Shown: one piece after another, positions 35,930 to 48,552 of the stretch
How positions within the stretch are numbered: position 1 is the stretch's first letter
Layout: every line of letters starts with the position of its first letter
NCBI GenBank assembly: GCA_002104905.1
Contig: MCFE01000186.1
Coordinates: 62,001 to 126,000, forward strand
DNA from: Basidiobolus meristosporus CBS 931.73
Lineage: Eukaryota; Fungi; Basidiobolomycota
DNA length: 64,000 bases
Direction: 5' to 3'
The notes under the pieces: generated by a model
The model's input: only the letters and a program-made list of their open reading frames with translations
Database searches by the model: none
What the model was told of the DNA's origin: nothing
Position numbers and translations under genes: made by a program

Positions 35930-36901
35930 ATGGCCAACAGAGGAGCAGGTACGTTGCGTTCCTGGTTTAACGCCTTTCGAAACGCCCAGAGGGAAACCCT
36001 TCCCACTCAAAAGCCCCTCTCTGCCATAAAGACCCAACCCATCGGCCCACGAGCAGTTTCCCACCGCCCATTCAACGCCACCGATGCTTCCTTGATTCGA
36101 CGAGTCGCCAACACACGCTCCGCTAAAGGGCAGCCCATCAGCACTGCAGAAAATCCCGGTATCCGAATCCAACGTAACATGTATACCGAGAAGGAGGGGA
36201 TTGAGCTGATTCGCGAATTTCGTGGCCTATTCAAGCGATTTGGCTTTTCCACCCTGCCTCAAGCAATTCAGAAAGGAACCAAGGTGTTTGTTTTGAACGA
36301 GAAGGGCGAGAAGGAGACCTCCCGAGACATTGTTAACTCCTACCGAGTGACTGGACGCCCGGAACAAGTGGACGGAAAACACATGCCTACTGCACCGTGG
36401 GGGTATGGTGATACTTTTGACCAGAATCAGCTCCCCTCCTGGCTAAAAGCACTTGCGACCGAGAAGATCCCGAACACACCGGGACTTGCTCTGGGTGCGT
36501 TGCGCGACATCACTCTGGATTACCGGACCGGAGCATTCTTCCAACTGGATCCTCAAGTGGATCCCAAAGACGATGGGCCGAACATTGCCATCGTCAACTT
36601 TCTCTCCGATTCAGTCGTGACCTTTATTCCGCCCAACAGCACGACCAAGTGGCGCACAAACCCTCAGGAGATAGTTTCCCGCTCCTGGACGGAGGAGGAT
36701 TTGGACGTTCTTGTGAGGGTCGGCTCGATGTGTCTCTTCAACGACAAAGCGCGTTACGAGTGGGCCCATGCAATCCGTACAGGAGTATATCTGCCAAAGC
36801 CACACGACATGTTTTGTGATTGGTTCGGCGACGTCAGCTACCTCAACAAACGTGGGAACGAGAAATACACCTTGACTCTCGCATACGGCACACCTTCATG
36901 A
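35930..36901 (+). CDS. AlkB/2OG-Fe(II) dioxygenase-fold protein (ALKBH7-like layout), possibly mitochondrial and possibly inactive
   Basis: 323-aa intronless ORF; motif order DY..PQVD..G..IAIVNFLSD.V..F..GSM.LF...ARYEW.HAI..RG; Arg-rich, acid-poor N-terminus. Confidence 0.7.
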   Translation: MANRGAGTLRSWFNAFRNAQRETLPTQKPLSAIKTQPIGPRAVSHRPFNATDASLIRRVANTRSAKGQPISTAENPGIRIQRNMYTEKEGIELIREFRGLFKRFGFSTLPQAIQKGTKVFVLNEKGEKETSRDIVNSYRVTGRPEQVDGKHMPTAPWGYGDTFDQNQLPSWLKALATEKIPNTPGLALGALRDITLDYRTGAFFQLDPQVDPKDDGPNIAIVNFLSDSVVTFIPPNSTTKWRTNPQEIVSRSWTEEDLDVLVRVGSMCLFNDKARYEWAHAIRTGVYLPKPHDMFCDWFGDVSYLNKRGNEKYTLTLAYGTPS

Positions 36902-37534
36902 GGCCGGCCAGAGTAAATCGACTCTGGTTGCTGTGTGAAGCACCTATTTCACCAGACCCACGAAATCAATCCACCCTCTTAGTAACCCATGCATGTATGG
37001 AACAGATTAACAGTCCTGGCAGAGGATTTCCTTTGCCAGCAATAAACGAACACGATGTTAAACTGCCATCTTCCTCACGTGCTCCTCGAATAGGCTACGG
37101 GAATGCTGGGCTGCAGGGTGCTCTTCTTGGTGTGACTGTGATTCTCAACTTCTGCGGATCCACGGAGAATACAGTAGCGTTACCCTCTGAACTGGCAATC
37201 GACCCGTGACTACAAGCGGTCGATCTTGGAGCTTCCATGGCTTCCACCCAATCCGCATTGGGGTGGGTTGAATCCGTCCCCTCACCTCCCCCGTAGAATC
37301 CGCTCCTAACCAGGATCACTTGGACTGAGCCCCGGATTCACACGTGACATCCCTTCCAACCACACCACGAGGTTGAATTCAGGAGAAGCTGATAGCCTGA
37401 GCAAAGGTAGGTTATGAACATAGACTGGTCAGTTTGAAACTCGTGTCTCCAGCTCAAAAACTGACCCGTAGCAAAGGAAAACAAACGACCCACCCACCCA
37501 CCTCGCCCCCTCCTTCGGACGTTTGTGCTCAGTG

Positions 37535-39921
37535 ATGTCAACCAATTCCAGTTTGGGCCTAGATTCCGGAAGCGGTAGCGATTCCGAAACAAGAAAAACC
37601 AACCGTCAGCGGAGGAAACTTCCGGGGAACGAGCTGCCGACCATTGACCGCTCCAACGATGGAGTGGAGAAAACGGTAGAGGTCGGCCCGAAAGGGCGTT
37701 TCACCAAGGTATGGAATGCAGGTGCGTTGGACCTTCCGGTCGTCGCTGACTCGTCCCTTGCCACCACTTAGCTGAACACGATCCTGGGAAAAGGCGCATA
37801 CAAGATGGTATACAAGGCTATCGACCGTGAGGAAGGGCTGGAGGTAGCATGGAACTGTTTTCAGGTATCTGTCTGTCCGCCTCTGCCTCGGTTGAGCATC
37901 CCCAGCTAATTTGTGCAGTTGAAGAGCTCCAAGTCCGAACACCTGGACCTTTCCCAAGAAATTGAAATCCTGAAAAGCGTAAGGCATCCCAACATCATCG
38001 CTTTCCACGACGCCTGGTACAAGAACCCCGAATTCGTGTTTATCACTGAATTGATGACCTCTGGAACCCTCAGAGAGTAAGCAATCTCTCCAACCTGCCG
38101 TGGGAACGATTTGTAATTTCCGGCTTCGATAGGTACATCCCCAAGCTTGACCTACCCAACATCAAGGTCGTGAAGCGTTGGTCTCGGCAGATTCTCAAGG
38201 GACTGGCGTATCTTCATACGCATGACCCGCCCATCATCCATCGGGATATCAAGTGCGATAATATCTTTATCAACGGAGCTCAGGGGGAGGTGAAGATTGG
38301 TGACATGGGGACGGCGAAGATGAAGCTGGGGAAAAAATACACCATCATCGGTATGTATGATTTACCCCCTTCGGCGAAGCCGTACTTAGGTTTAGGGATT
38401 CTAGGGACCCCGGAGTTCATGGCACCGGAGATGTACGAGGAAAAGGGATACAGCGAGAAAGTGGACATCTATGCTTTTGGGATGTGCCTTTTGGAAATGA
38501 TCACTGGCGAGTATCCGTACAGCGAATGCAAGAATGCTGCCCAGGTGTTCAAAAAAGTCTCTCAAGGGATCAAGCCTGCGTGTCTCGCCAAAGTGCAAGA
38601 CCCAGAAATCCTGGCCCTTATCCAGAACTGTCTGTCTGATGAAAATGACAGGTTTGTTCAAAGGCAATACTGCTCGCAATCACCTGTTTGCTAAGCGTGA
38701 ATGGCACAGATACACGGCGCAAGAAATACTGGATCACCCTTTTTTGGCCGCGGACCCAGAGGTGGTTATGCTAACGTCTGATGAAACCAAGACCCAACTG
38801 ATTTTGCAGGTGGTGTTCAAGGGAACTGACACAATATCAGTGAAGTTTGATTTCAAAGTGGACTCGGATACTGCCGAGGAAGTGGTTAGGGAAATGGTAT
38901 GTCTGACTACCCTTCTAGCCGATGCAGGCATGCTTACTAACTGCATGCTCGCTCGCCAGATAGAGGAAAATGTACTTCCTAAGAGATATCAGCACCTTAT
39001 CACGTTCGAAATCAATCGCATTCTAAAGGAGCTAAACAAGGCCCTGCTGAACGAATCAATTAGTCGGGGTCCGAACGACATCGGCGGAAGTGGTGGCGGG
39101 GTGCTTTCAGAGCTGGATTATGCTAAGAGAGAGCTAGCAAAAGCTAACGAACGCGCGGTAAAAGCCGAGAAAAAGGCAGAACTCTCAGAACAAAGGGCTA
39201 AAGCAGCGGAGGAACGAACTATTAGCCTCGCTGGGGTTGATGCGATGTATGACGACCCAGAAAACCAGACGCTCGAGACCCAACATTCGAAATCGTTGAC
39301 GGAGGCCGGAAGAGGTATTCTGGCTAATGCGTTAAAACGGTTCACTAGGGATGGGAGCCCATCAGATCCAAGTGAGGCACAACCGGTCATCACCCAACCA
39401 CCGAACCATAGTTCTGTTCCAAGTCTTAGTTTGGTGACGGCTGAACTGGAGGGTGTATCCCTGGTAACTGAGGCTCCCTCTGAAAATCTGTCCAGAATCT
39501 CCTCGATCCATGAATGGAAAACCGAATATGAAGAAGCACTGCCAGTTCGAGGTGTAACTATACTTGAGACATGATTTATGTGTGCTCCAAGGCTAATATA
39601 CACCATATAGAGTACACTGACGATTGCCCTATCGAGGATATTGTCAAAGATGTTGCAATTGCCACCAATCGTTCAATCGAAAAGGCTCATGATTGGTTAG
39701 TCCGATTGCACGATCAGGATATCGTGACTGTTGGTGATTTGCGAGAACTCCACGATGAAGATTGGGTTGGTCTTGGGTTAACGGTTTTTGCTAGAAGAGC
39801 ACTTCGGAATGCCTTATACGGTAGGTTGGGTCGTAGCCCCAAGCCACTGGCCAAGCTGAGTGCAAATTCGATACCTACTGGCACCATCCATGGTGATGAC
39901 GAGCCTAGGTGTAGCGTATAG
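37535..39921 (+). CDS. WNK: WNK-family Ser/Thr kinase, 8 exons, 659 aa
   Basis: Exons 37535-37708, 37772-37864, 37919-38076, 38133-38350, 38405-38651, 38710-38896, 38960-39551, 39611-39921 (all GT-AG, phases consistent, 1980 nt). [44 protein letters not shown]. Confidence 0.95.
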
Positions 39922-41769
39922 AGAAGTTCTCCTCACTTTGACTACCATTTGCGTCTACCGCTGTAATTAGATTGAAATTTTGTTGAAAGCATTAGCGTTC
40001 ACAGCTTGCATAATTGTGTAGTATAGCTATATTCACCTGGATAGCCTCCAACACTTCACCTCCGCCAACATGTAGTCGCTCATCCTGAACGGAAAGCTGT
40101 AGACTTCTATAAATGCAACTATTGTACTTTCCGTACATCATTGCTTGCCAGGGCCCGCTTGATGGACTGTGTTGCTGCAGATGCGTCGACGAGCAATGGA
40201 TACCGCTGTTCGCGTAGCGGGATCCTCGAGCGACACCTTAATCCTGTGCATCGTAGAAATGCCACCCAAGTAGGCTCGATTATAGCGTTTAACAGTAAAC
40301 ATGGGTACTCGCCTGTGGCGGGCGGTTCACGTCTGATCAGTGAATTAAGCTCCATGTAATCTAGATCTAACAACTAGTGCACACTGAAATATGTCATCTA
40401 GAGCGGCCCTCGGAATGGTCTGTGCATTGGCGTCAGCCCAATGATTATTTGCTTACGTTATCAAGGATTGGTGGCCTTGATCAGGCATGACCGATATCGA
40501 CAGCCAACCACACCAGGGGCCGCTTTGGCAGAGCACACGAAGTATGTAAGACCAGCCCTGGCACCATCCGCCTTATCTCGACAAGGTGGAGAGGGAGAGC
40601 ACCTCATAACAGTCCCCCTAATCGCCACTGTCAGGTGGCTCATTATCATCTCGTATTGGAGGATCCTGACGAAAGTTCCTCGCCACCACCTAAGCCTATC
40701 AGTCGAACGAATTCCAGTTCGTGTGGTCCTCGTACAGCGATTATGATCGTATTGGGCTATGGGTGCCGACTCACATCAATCTCACTCATGTCCTCTAGAG
40801 AGTTGGAGTGTACACATTCTCACACAAAAGGGAGACCAATGGCTGGTGGTGGTCGGAAGCGGTGTTTCACCTTCGAAAACCTTCAATAAAGTGCGATGTC
40901 GATCAACCCTGAAGTCTGTTCCAATCACTCCATCCGCTCTGCTGATCACTCAGCATGCCAACGGCTGCAACCTGATGCGTTCACCAACTCGGTGTCCGTC
41001 AGACCCTTCAAGGGCGTACCTCTTGCACCCAGCATCCGCGCCATCTCACACATTGCATTATTCCACTTGTGCGTTGCGAGCATTCCTGCAGCTCGCCAAT
41101 CAGTGGTACCTTAAGTTTAAGTTTGCATTCTGGGGCCACCAACGCCAACTCATGAGGGTGGGACATACACCAAGTTTCAAAAAAATATATTACTTTGAAT
41201 AGCGATCGACTCGCACCCACCAGCTGGCCTATTTTTGTCAGTTGAGCGGACATATGCTTGGTAACGCCCGTATTGCAGTGGGTCTGGGATGCATACACAA
41301 TCCTTGGATCTGCCGTAGAGCCCAAAGCCATCACTGACGTTTCAGTCAGGGGGTTGATAAGAATGAATCAGGCCGTGACCAATATAGCTTACGTAATCGG
41401 GGATTTGTAATACGAGGTGAACATCCACAATCATGATGTTTGGCATTGCAGAGTACTGTCCACGGGCTAAATTGAATAGCCAGGCTATTTCAGCAGGGTT
41501 TGATTAGTATAGAGAAGAAAATTCTCAAGCTTCCGCACCATAGTCAGCTGGCATTTTGGGACACTACGTGAGTTCGACTTGAGACTCAGGGGGGGACATC
41601 TGATGAATATCATTGGCACTGTTTTCTGGATCAGGTTGCTGATGGCCCAACAATCGCCAGCCTAGAGGATCTGAAGTGCATGTACCTCTTTTCCACCCGA
41701 TCAATGGATTTCTCTGAAAGATAACAACTCCCTCGTGTTCAAGGCCCGTTTCCAGCCCGGACGATTTCC

Positions 41770-41777
41770 TATAAATA
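41770..41777 (+). promoter_or_regulatory. TATA box of zinc-finger gene 1
   Basis: TATAAATA 70 nt upstream of ATG 41840. Confidence 0.55.
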
Positions 41778-41839
41778 GACTCGCCCACCCCCGCTCTGCC
41801 AAAAACCCAACATCTGTCCAACGAATTATCCCGCTCACA

Positions 41840-42493
41840 ATGTCCAGTGCTAAGGCATTCAGTCTTCCATATATACTTCAGACTGAGGGTTCATCGACCA
41901 CCCCGGGCCACTACCTCTCCAGGCCATACAAATGCTCTGTTTGTGACCGAGCATTCAGAAGGAACGAACACCTCGTTCGCCACCTTCGCATTCATACCGG
42001 CGAAAAGCCGTATGGTTGTACAGTCTACAATTGCGGCAAGCGCTTCTCTAGATCCGATGAGCTATCAAGGCATCGGCGACAGCACAAAATCACCGATTCT
42101 CATCACATCCCCGAGTATGGATTGCTATCTGCTAACGGCCAGCACATCCACCCCCGTCAATTGAACACGAACCACCCCCTCATCTATACCCCAAGCCCTC
42201 TCACCAACTCCGTGATGGCATTAGGACACCCCCAGTATCACCCATACCACCATAAACAGCACCACCATACCGCAAATACCACCCCTAGAGGCCGGCCAGG
42301 GATAGGTGCTCTGAGTCAATACCGGCCAACAAGCCCCACATTCTCTGCCAGCTCCTTTGTGTCGAGTGCCTCTGACACGGATGAGGAGCGCCAAAAGAGT
42401 GACCCCGAGGATGACCATCAAGTCAGGGGATGCCGGCTCCGCGATATCCTGAACTTTCCGCGAGACTCCGGGAATGCAAACGAAGGAATGTAG
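41840..42493 (+). CDS. Two-finger C2H2 transcription factor, CreA/Mig1/EGR-like (217 aa)
   Basis: [47 protein letters not shown]; first ATG after the TATA box (track ORF starts at a non-ATG codon, 41735). Confidence 0.93.
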   Translation: MSSAKAFSLPYILQTEGSSTTPGHYLSRPYKCSVCDRAFRRNEHLVRHLRIHTGEKPYGCTVYNCGKRFSRSDELSRHRRQHKITDSHHIPEYGLLSANGQHIHPRQLNTNHPLIYTPSPLTNSVMALGHPQYHPYHHKQHHHTANTTPRGRPGIGALSQYRPTSPTFSASSFVSSASDTDEERQKSDPEDDHQVRGCRLRDILNFPRDSGNANEGM

Positions 42494-45400
42494 ATCCATG
42501 CAGTCACCCGACACGGTTATATGAACACTTGATGGGAACGGCGACGACAGGGATGTTGGTGTACATATACATATACATATATTATTTTTGCTCGCTCTCT
42601 TACGAGAAGGAACTCCTGTCTTTTAATGTCTGCTCTTGCTCGGCACAAGTCCGACCACTGTTAATACACAAACCTGCTTGCTTTTGTCAACTGATCGAAC
42701 CCAATAAATCTCACTAGAATACCAACCCCATGCTCCCTCACGCCTGCACCGGCGCCAGCGAAACGCCCGCCCACCTCCCCCATCTGTCGGCCACATGAGG
42801 ATTGGGGGATTGCTAAGGCAAGACTGATATTCCGCTCGGAGGATCGTCATTGTTTCTGATTCTTGAACTGGCTGACCTCAGAACAATTAAACAAGTGTCA
42901 TCCAGGACAAACCGAGACATCATATCACTGCATTCATAGATCTACAGTGAGTTCCTAATTGAATCCTGCTCCATCGCGGAAACCATCAACAAATGGCCTA
43001 GAGGTATGGTCCAAGGGCTGATTCATTGTTTACTGGCGTCGAGTACAGCAATAGGAGGCGGGAGGCCGTTGATTGGCCGAGGGCCAGTGCGAAGCTCTTC
43101 AGTGCGAAATGGGGTTCCGATAGGTAAGTCATCCGGTCATGTTTGATGGATTGCTTCATCCAACTCACCAGGAAAGTCAGACATCCAATGAGTCATTTTT
43201 CGTAGCCGGGCATCGAGATCCCAGCGTCCTTGCTCGAAATCCCCCTCGAAGTTCTAGAAATCCCTCACGTCAGGATGTGGGCCAAATCCATCCTGCGCCG
43301 TACATACGCCAGACATTAGCCAAACGCCAGCCTACGGATTTGGATCGGGTTGTGACCCAACCTAAGTGCCCTGCTCCCTGTATCTCAGACATGCTACGCC
43401 CCTAACCAGAGTCGTGAAGCAGGTTGCTCCCAACCTGGTTGGTAAACCGTGTTGGTCGATCCACCACTCGAATGGCCCACAGTGACAAGGGGCACAAACC
43501 ATTGGATTTCCAGTGTGCATTCAATCAGAAACCTTGGATGTGTATTGGCGATCGGTGGAAGAGCCCCAGATGGTAATGAGTGAGATGTTGGAATCTCATC
43601 AACCCCGGTCGATGGGATTCCCGACACCCTCAGATACGATTCTCCGGAGAACACCGTTTTGGGGAATGGGGATGGCTGAGGATGGGTGATGGGTGATGGG
43701 TCAGGCGAAGGGCGCATCCTTGCCTTTTTAGGCCGGCATTAGAGGGTGGAGCATCGCCAGTGTAAATGGCTACTTCCCATGGAGACGTCGCTGCTTTGAG
43801 CCACCATCGACCCATATCTCACCAATCCTAACGAGTGCTCGTCTCTGTGAGGAGTATCTTCCCACACACCACCCTGAAATCACTAACAAACTAGTATTAG
43901 CACGAATCCAAGGAATTGGGAAAATGGTGGGAAAATCCTCCGAACCACCGCCAAGTCACCATGAAACCCAGTCATCCCCCTCTAGCTGACCAACAAACAC
44001 GGCTTGCCTATTCCCAAGTAATGCCAATAGGGGGTCATTGCCACTGGACTCGGCCCGCGGCCAGAAGTTGATATGACCGGAGAAGGCACCTCTCTGCGCG
44101 GTAAGCCATGGACCTGCAGTTCCAGCATGTCGACGTAATGGTAGGTAGCTCGACAGGCCTGCCTTCAATCGTCATGATCAGGATCTACGGCGCTACTAAG
44201 CAGGTTGAGTAGCTTAAGGGTAACTAAAGTGGGAGGGACACCAATTTGGATTGATTCCGTACCAAAAATGGACTCGCCCAGATTGCTGATTCCACGATGG
44301 CGAGGTTCGTCAGCCAATTCGCACCACCTCGCCCCTGGGTTGGTATCTAGATACCGATTCTGGCCAGGTTGCATCGATAACAACCCTTCCCTTATGGTCT
44401 GGACTAAGAAGGGTGAATCGCCATTTCTAGCGGGGAGAAATCCTTTGTATCCCGTTACATTACGCAGTATCATAACTCAGTCACGAGTGTCCAACCTCGG
44501 AGGTGGACGACAGTGTTGGGGCAAACATAGCCTTAAAAGACACTGATTTCTGGATATGTCGACCTCTTATCTCCGACTTGAGCGTAGTAGGTTGAGCTGA
44601 TTATTTGGTACATGCATTAGCAATCATCCATCGACCCTTTTAGGGATGCTCGAAGGTTATGTGTGCGGTCGACTCAGGGAGCCGGGGACCATGTGTTCAG
44701 CAGCCACGTTCAATTGGACAGCTTGGGCTCTGGGAGGCCAATACTGATAGTTACCCAGCCTAAATATAGACCCAGGCGAGGCCGCTCCGCTTGGTCTTGG
44801 CATTTGTCAACTCTTGTCGATGTGACTCTGGGTGCGCGGGATTGCATTCGCAACCGCCAACACCACCCCTCCAGCAGAGGGGCTTTTCGAGCTAGCTAGG
44901 ACTTCAATAGACGCGGTCCAAGTTGGCAATTATTCGACTGCCAGATTCGGAGGTGACACAATCTAGAAATCAAAGAGGCAGCACGCTTCATTGCCAACGT
45001 TGATGGCGAGCCCTAATTAAGCATCCTACTCTATCGGAGTTCGTAGAGAATTGCCAACTTTGGCCCGTAGCGAATGATCTATTTTGTAGGACAAGGTATT
45101 GCCGATTCCCTGAGCTCCTCCTCGGTAATGCTGATCACACCGTAGGCGGACATGTGTGCGATGGGTGATTTTCTTCATCCCCACTTATCTACAACTAATC
45201 TGCCACGCTGTGACCGGATTGCTATTTGGAACACTCAACACATGCACGCGTTGTTACATAAGAATGGCTCTGTGGAATCTATATTGCTGGATTATGTGTC
45301 GGACAGGCAGATGGTAGAGATCTTGTGTGGATACGGTTAAATCACTACCAATGATATGTCGGCCAGCCAGAGAATGCTGGCGTGGGCAGTGGCAAGTGGA

Positions 45401-45839
45401 GAGGCGCTGGTGCTATCAAGTCGTGGACGGGCAGCACTCATGCCTACGAAGCTTCGGCAGGAGGGTTGGCAGCGGTTCCCAGTGCGGTATCTGGAACCAT
45501 GCCCAGGCCGAGTCAACCTGCAGCACTACTGCAGACATTGCCATGTATATCTCGGCTCAAAGCTCTAGGTAAAGCTCGAAAGATGCATCGATAGGGATTC
45601 GATATGTCAGCAAAATGGACGGTCGTGGTATTGGACAAGGCATGCCAAATCGGGGGCGAATTATATTGTTTTGGGCGATAAGGTTCAACACATGCCTAGC
45701 AATCCAATGAGCTTGGAATGGCACAATTTCGAGAAATCGAGTACTGAAGAAATACCAATTCACGGATATGGCACTATGATGCCTATATTTAGACCCCACT
45801 CTATCAGGATCATTTCATAGATAAGCGCTTCCCTGGCAA

Positions 45840-45847
45840 TATAAATA
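45840..45847 (+). promoter_or_regulatory. TATA box of zinc-finger gene 2
   Basis: TATAAATA 60 nt upstream of ATG 45900. Confidence 0.55.
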
Positions 45848-45899
45848 GCTGGCTTCGCAGCGCGGACAAACTCAGGATTTTCAAACACACTTTAGTAAG

Positions 45900-46559
45900 A
45901 TGGCTACACATTCACCTCGTCTCTCTTTCATTCTTCAGTCAGAAGCTCCCTTTCCCAAGGAAGCGGCCTCTTCTAGGAGTGTTCGCCCTTACAATTGTTC
46001 CTTTTGTAGTAAATCATTTCGACGGAACGAGCACCTGGTCCGTCATGTTCGCACACACACCGGCGAAAAGCCCTATTCTTGCACCTATTCTGGGTGCGCA
46101 AAGCGGTTCTCAAGGTCGGACGAACTAGCCAGACATATCCGCACCCATCAAAAGCGCGAGGTCCAGAAATTTAGCCTCGTCTATTCTTACCCATGCATGA
46201 GCAACAATGGAAACGTGTGCCTATTTTCCAGCTTCTCTTCCCAAACCCTGTGCTCGCAGCAGTCGATTCCCGAGCAGCAAGAGAACCCAACCATAGGATC
46301 GCGTACCGACTTCATTGATAGCCTACGCCGGTACGAACCCTATCATGTTCTGTCCTCCAAATGGAGACCAATGAGGTCGAACCGTTCCGCCTGGGGCTCC
46401 GCCGCGAGTTCACTGCAATCGAGTCCTGTTGTTTCATCAGACTCGGAGTTCGAGGATGATGTCCATTCAGGCTACAGTTCCCGTGAATGCAGTGCTCAAC
46501 CAAGGAATGCTGAGCCCGAAAGCAACGCACACAAATTGTCGTTTATCCTAAATGACTAA
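45900..46559 (+). CDS. Paralogous two-finger C2H2 transcription factor (219 aa)
   Basis: [47 protein letters not shown]. Confidence 0.95.
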   Translation: MATHSPRLSFILQSEAPFPKEAASSRSVRPYNCSFCSKSFRRNEHLVRHVRTHTGEKPYSCTYSGCAKRFSRSDELARHIRTHQKREVQKFSLVYSYPCMSNNGNVCLFSSFSSQTLCSQQSIPEQQENPTIGSRTDFIDSLRRYEPYHVLSSKWRPMRSNRSAWGSAASSLQSSPVVSSDSEFEDDVHSGYSSRECSAQPRNAEPESNAHKLSFILND

Positions 46560-47640
46560 GATTCTCCGACATATATTTATCAATGTATCGCTTTGTAAAT
46601 ATCCTGAATACATGTATTATATAGACATAATAAACCAAAGATTGAATTAGAAAACCCCACGCACCGGTGGATGGATATGGAAAGGACTCGATCATGCGGT
46701 AAGATCCGTCCAAACGATGCATGGATGTGTTGCGAGCGTAGGCAATCGTGTACAGCACCGTGGGGCATGATTGCTCTGTTGACGCATGTCGAGAGGCTAC
46801 CAGCTCCGAGCTAGTCATCGAAGCGATTCCGTGATCCGGGTCCTCTCCTGCTATTGAAGGGTGAATACATGCGGTGGGCGATACGACGCTGTTAGCTGAG
46901 TTGCCTATCTACAGACAACCACCATCAGCTTGCCAATGGTGCTAGTTATCGTCATCTATTTACTGGTCTCGAGGCAGTATTTTCACGATGAGACCGCCAA
47001 ACATTCGTAAAGACGAGACCTCATTGAATTTTCATGCCAATCCGGACTGGCTGAGATCTCGGCATAATTGCAGATAGCAGTGATCTACCTGGTATCAATT
47101 AGTGGAAGCGCTCGCCGAGCCGGTCTGGATACTCGCCATTCGGGAATTGATTGGTAGCTATTTTCCTTCTGGTTGTATACTCGTTCCCTATTGTATTTTG
47201 GCAGGGCAGTGGGCAAAGGTTAGTCACGGGTATCTATAATTGGTTCCCAACAATCAAATCGTTATTGAAACCAGCCGGCTGAAGTGCGTGTACGTAAGCA
47301 CCACTCTTGACAATATCCCCACTACTCTTGTCGCTCTGCAGCATTGGTGAAGGTGTAGCATCTTGCCCATGCTATCAACGGATCATGTGAGGCATTTCTA
47401 GCCTTATTTGTCTATATGGCTACTGACGTGAAGGTGGTGCTGATTCTGGCCTTTTGGTTCCGAACGGTTTATTCCGGGATGGGGATTATGGGTCCGGCCG
47501 AGATGGGATTTATTAGGGGATATGTAACAATCAGACTATACAAGGATAGCTCATGTATATTCTACAGGTGATCGGTCTGTGATCTACATGTTTGGACATG
47601 ATCAGATATTTGGCTGTTGAGGACAGCTCATGAGTAATAT

Positions 47641-48552
47641 TTAGGAAGATTGTGAGTATACGTCCCACCACAGCCAATACAGGTCATCAAATGGTCCAGG
47701 CTCTTTGTCGCTCTGCAAGTGGACATCCCAAGGCTTTTCCAAAATATAGTGGATATTCTTGATTTCGTTGATATCCCACATTCTACTGTGGCAAAACTTC
47801 ATTGGCTTTAGTGCGTTGTAGACGTAGGACAGCGGGGCCCAGCGATGCTGGAAAACGTCATTCAGAAAGTCCTGGTCTGGAAACAGGTATTGATTGAGGT
47901 TTGGGATCTTTCGAAGCTTCGCCACCATCTTTGTAAATAGATCGGGTGAGGGTATCAGCACCATCAGGCCGGAGTTGAAGTAATCATTGCGATTGCACGT
48001 TTTCGGATCGATCGACCCTGAGTTTTCCAGAATGGTGTGAGCGCAGTTGGACGGCTTCCTTTGGGAGTGTTAGTATTGTTGGCTGGCTGCTACAGAAGAG
48101 CCGTAGGCTTACCAGTGCTTTGGGTAGTGCGAGAGCTCCAACGGATTGCATCGGCAAGCGTTTACAGCGGCCATCTGGTAATCGGAGCTGTCGACTGCAT
48201 CGAATAACTCGTCCATGTTCCTCAATACCAGCATATCTGCATCCAAGAAAGTTACCTTTTCGAATTCGCTAAGAGACCAAACTTGTAGTTTGGTCCAAGT
48301 GTCGGAGTACCGCTCCCATAGGTAGTTGACCTTTTGGCCTGGGTTTGGATTGATAAACTCTACTTCACGTGTTATGCATCCTTCCCGAGACAACGTGCCC
48401 AAGCATTTGGGTGAGACGGTGGATGTATGGATCACAACTAATGGGTACATGGTATTGACCATTCGAAGGGAGCGTGCTAATACTCTGACACCATCCAGAA
48501 ACTCATCACGGGTAAGAAGGGTTACCCAGGCGTAAGAAGTGGAAAAAAGCAT
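47641..48552 (-). CDS. Glycosyltransferase family 8 (glycogenin/galactinol-synthase-like), 2 exons, 285 aa
   Basis: Exons 48552-48113 and 48058-47641 with a 54-bp GT-AG intron; WTKL, FLDAD, FNSG.MV, DQD.LN, YN, HY..KPW motifs. Confidence 0.93.

Noticed and set aside
40119-41334. Short ORFs between the WNK and zinc-finger genes
   Set aside because: No domains, mutually overlapping, random-like composition.
42562-43702. (TACATA)x3 at ~42562 and (GATGGGT)x3 at ~43681
   Set aside because: Trivial microsatellites; not telomeric and not CRISPR-like.
43139-45600. ORFs between the two zinc-finger genes (e.g. 44165..44473)
   Set aside because: No recognisable motifs or consistent exon structure.
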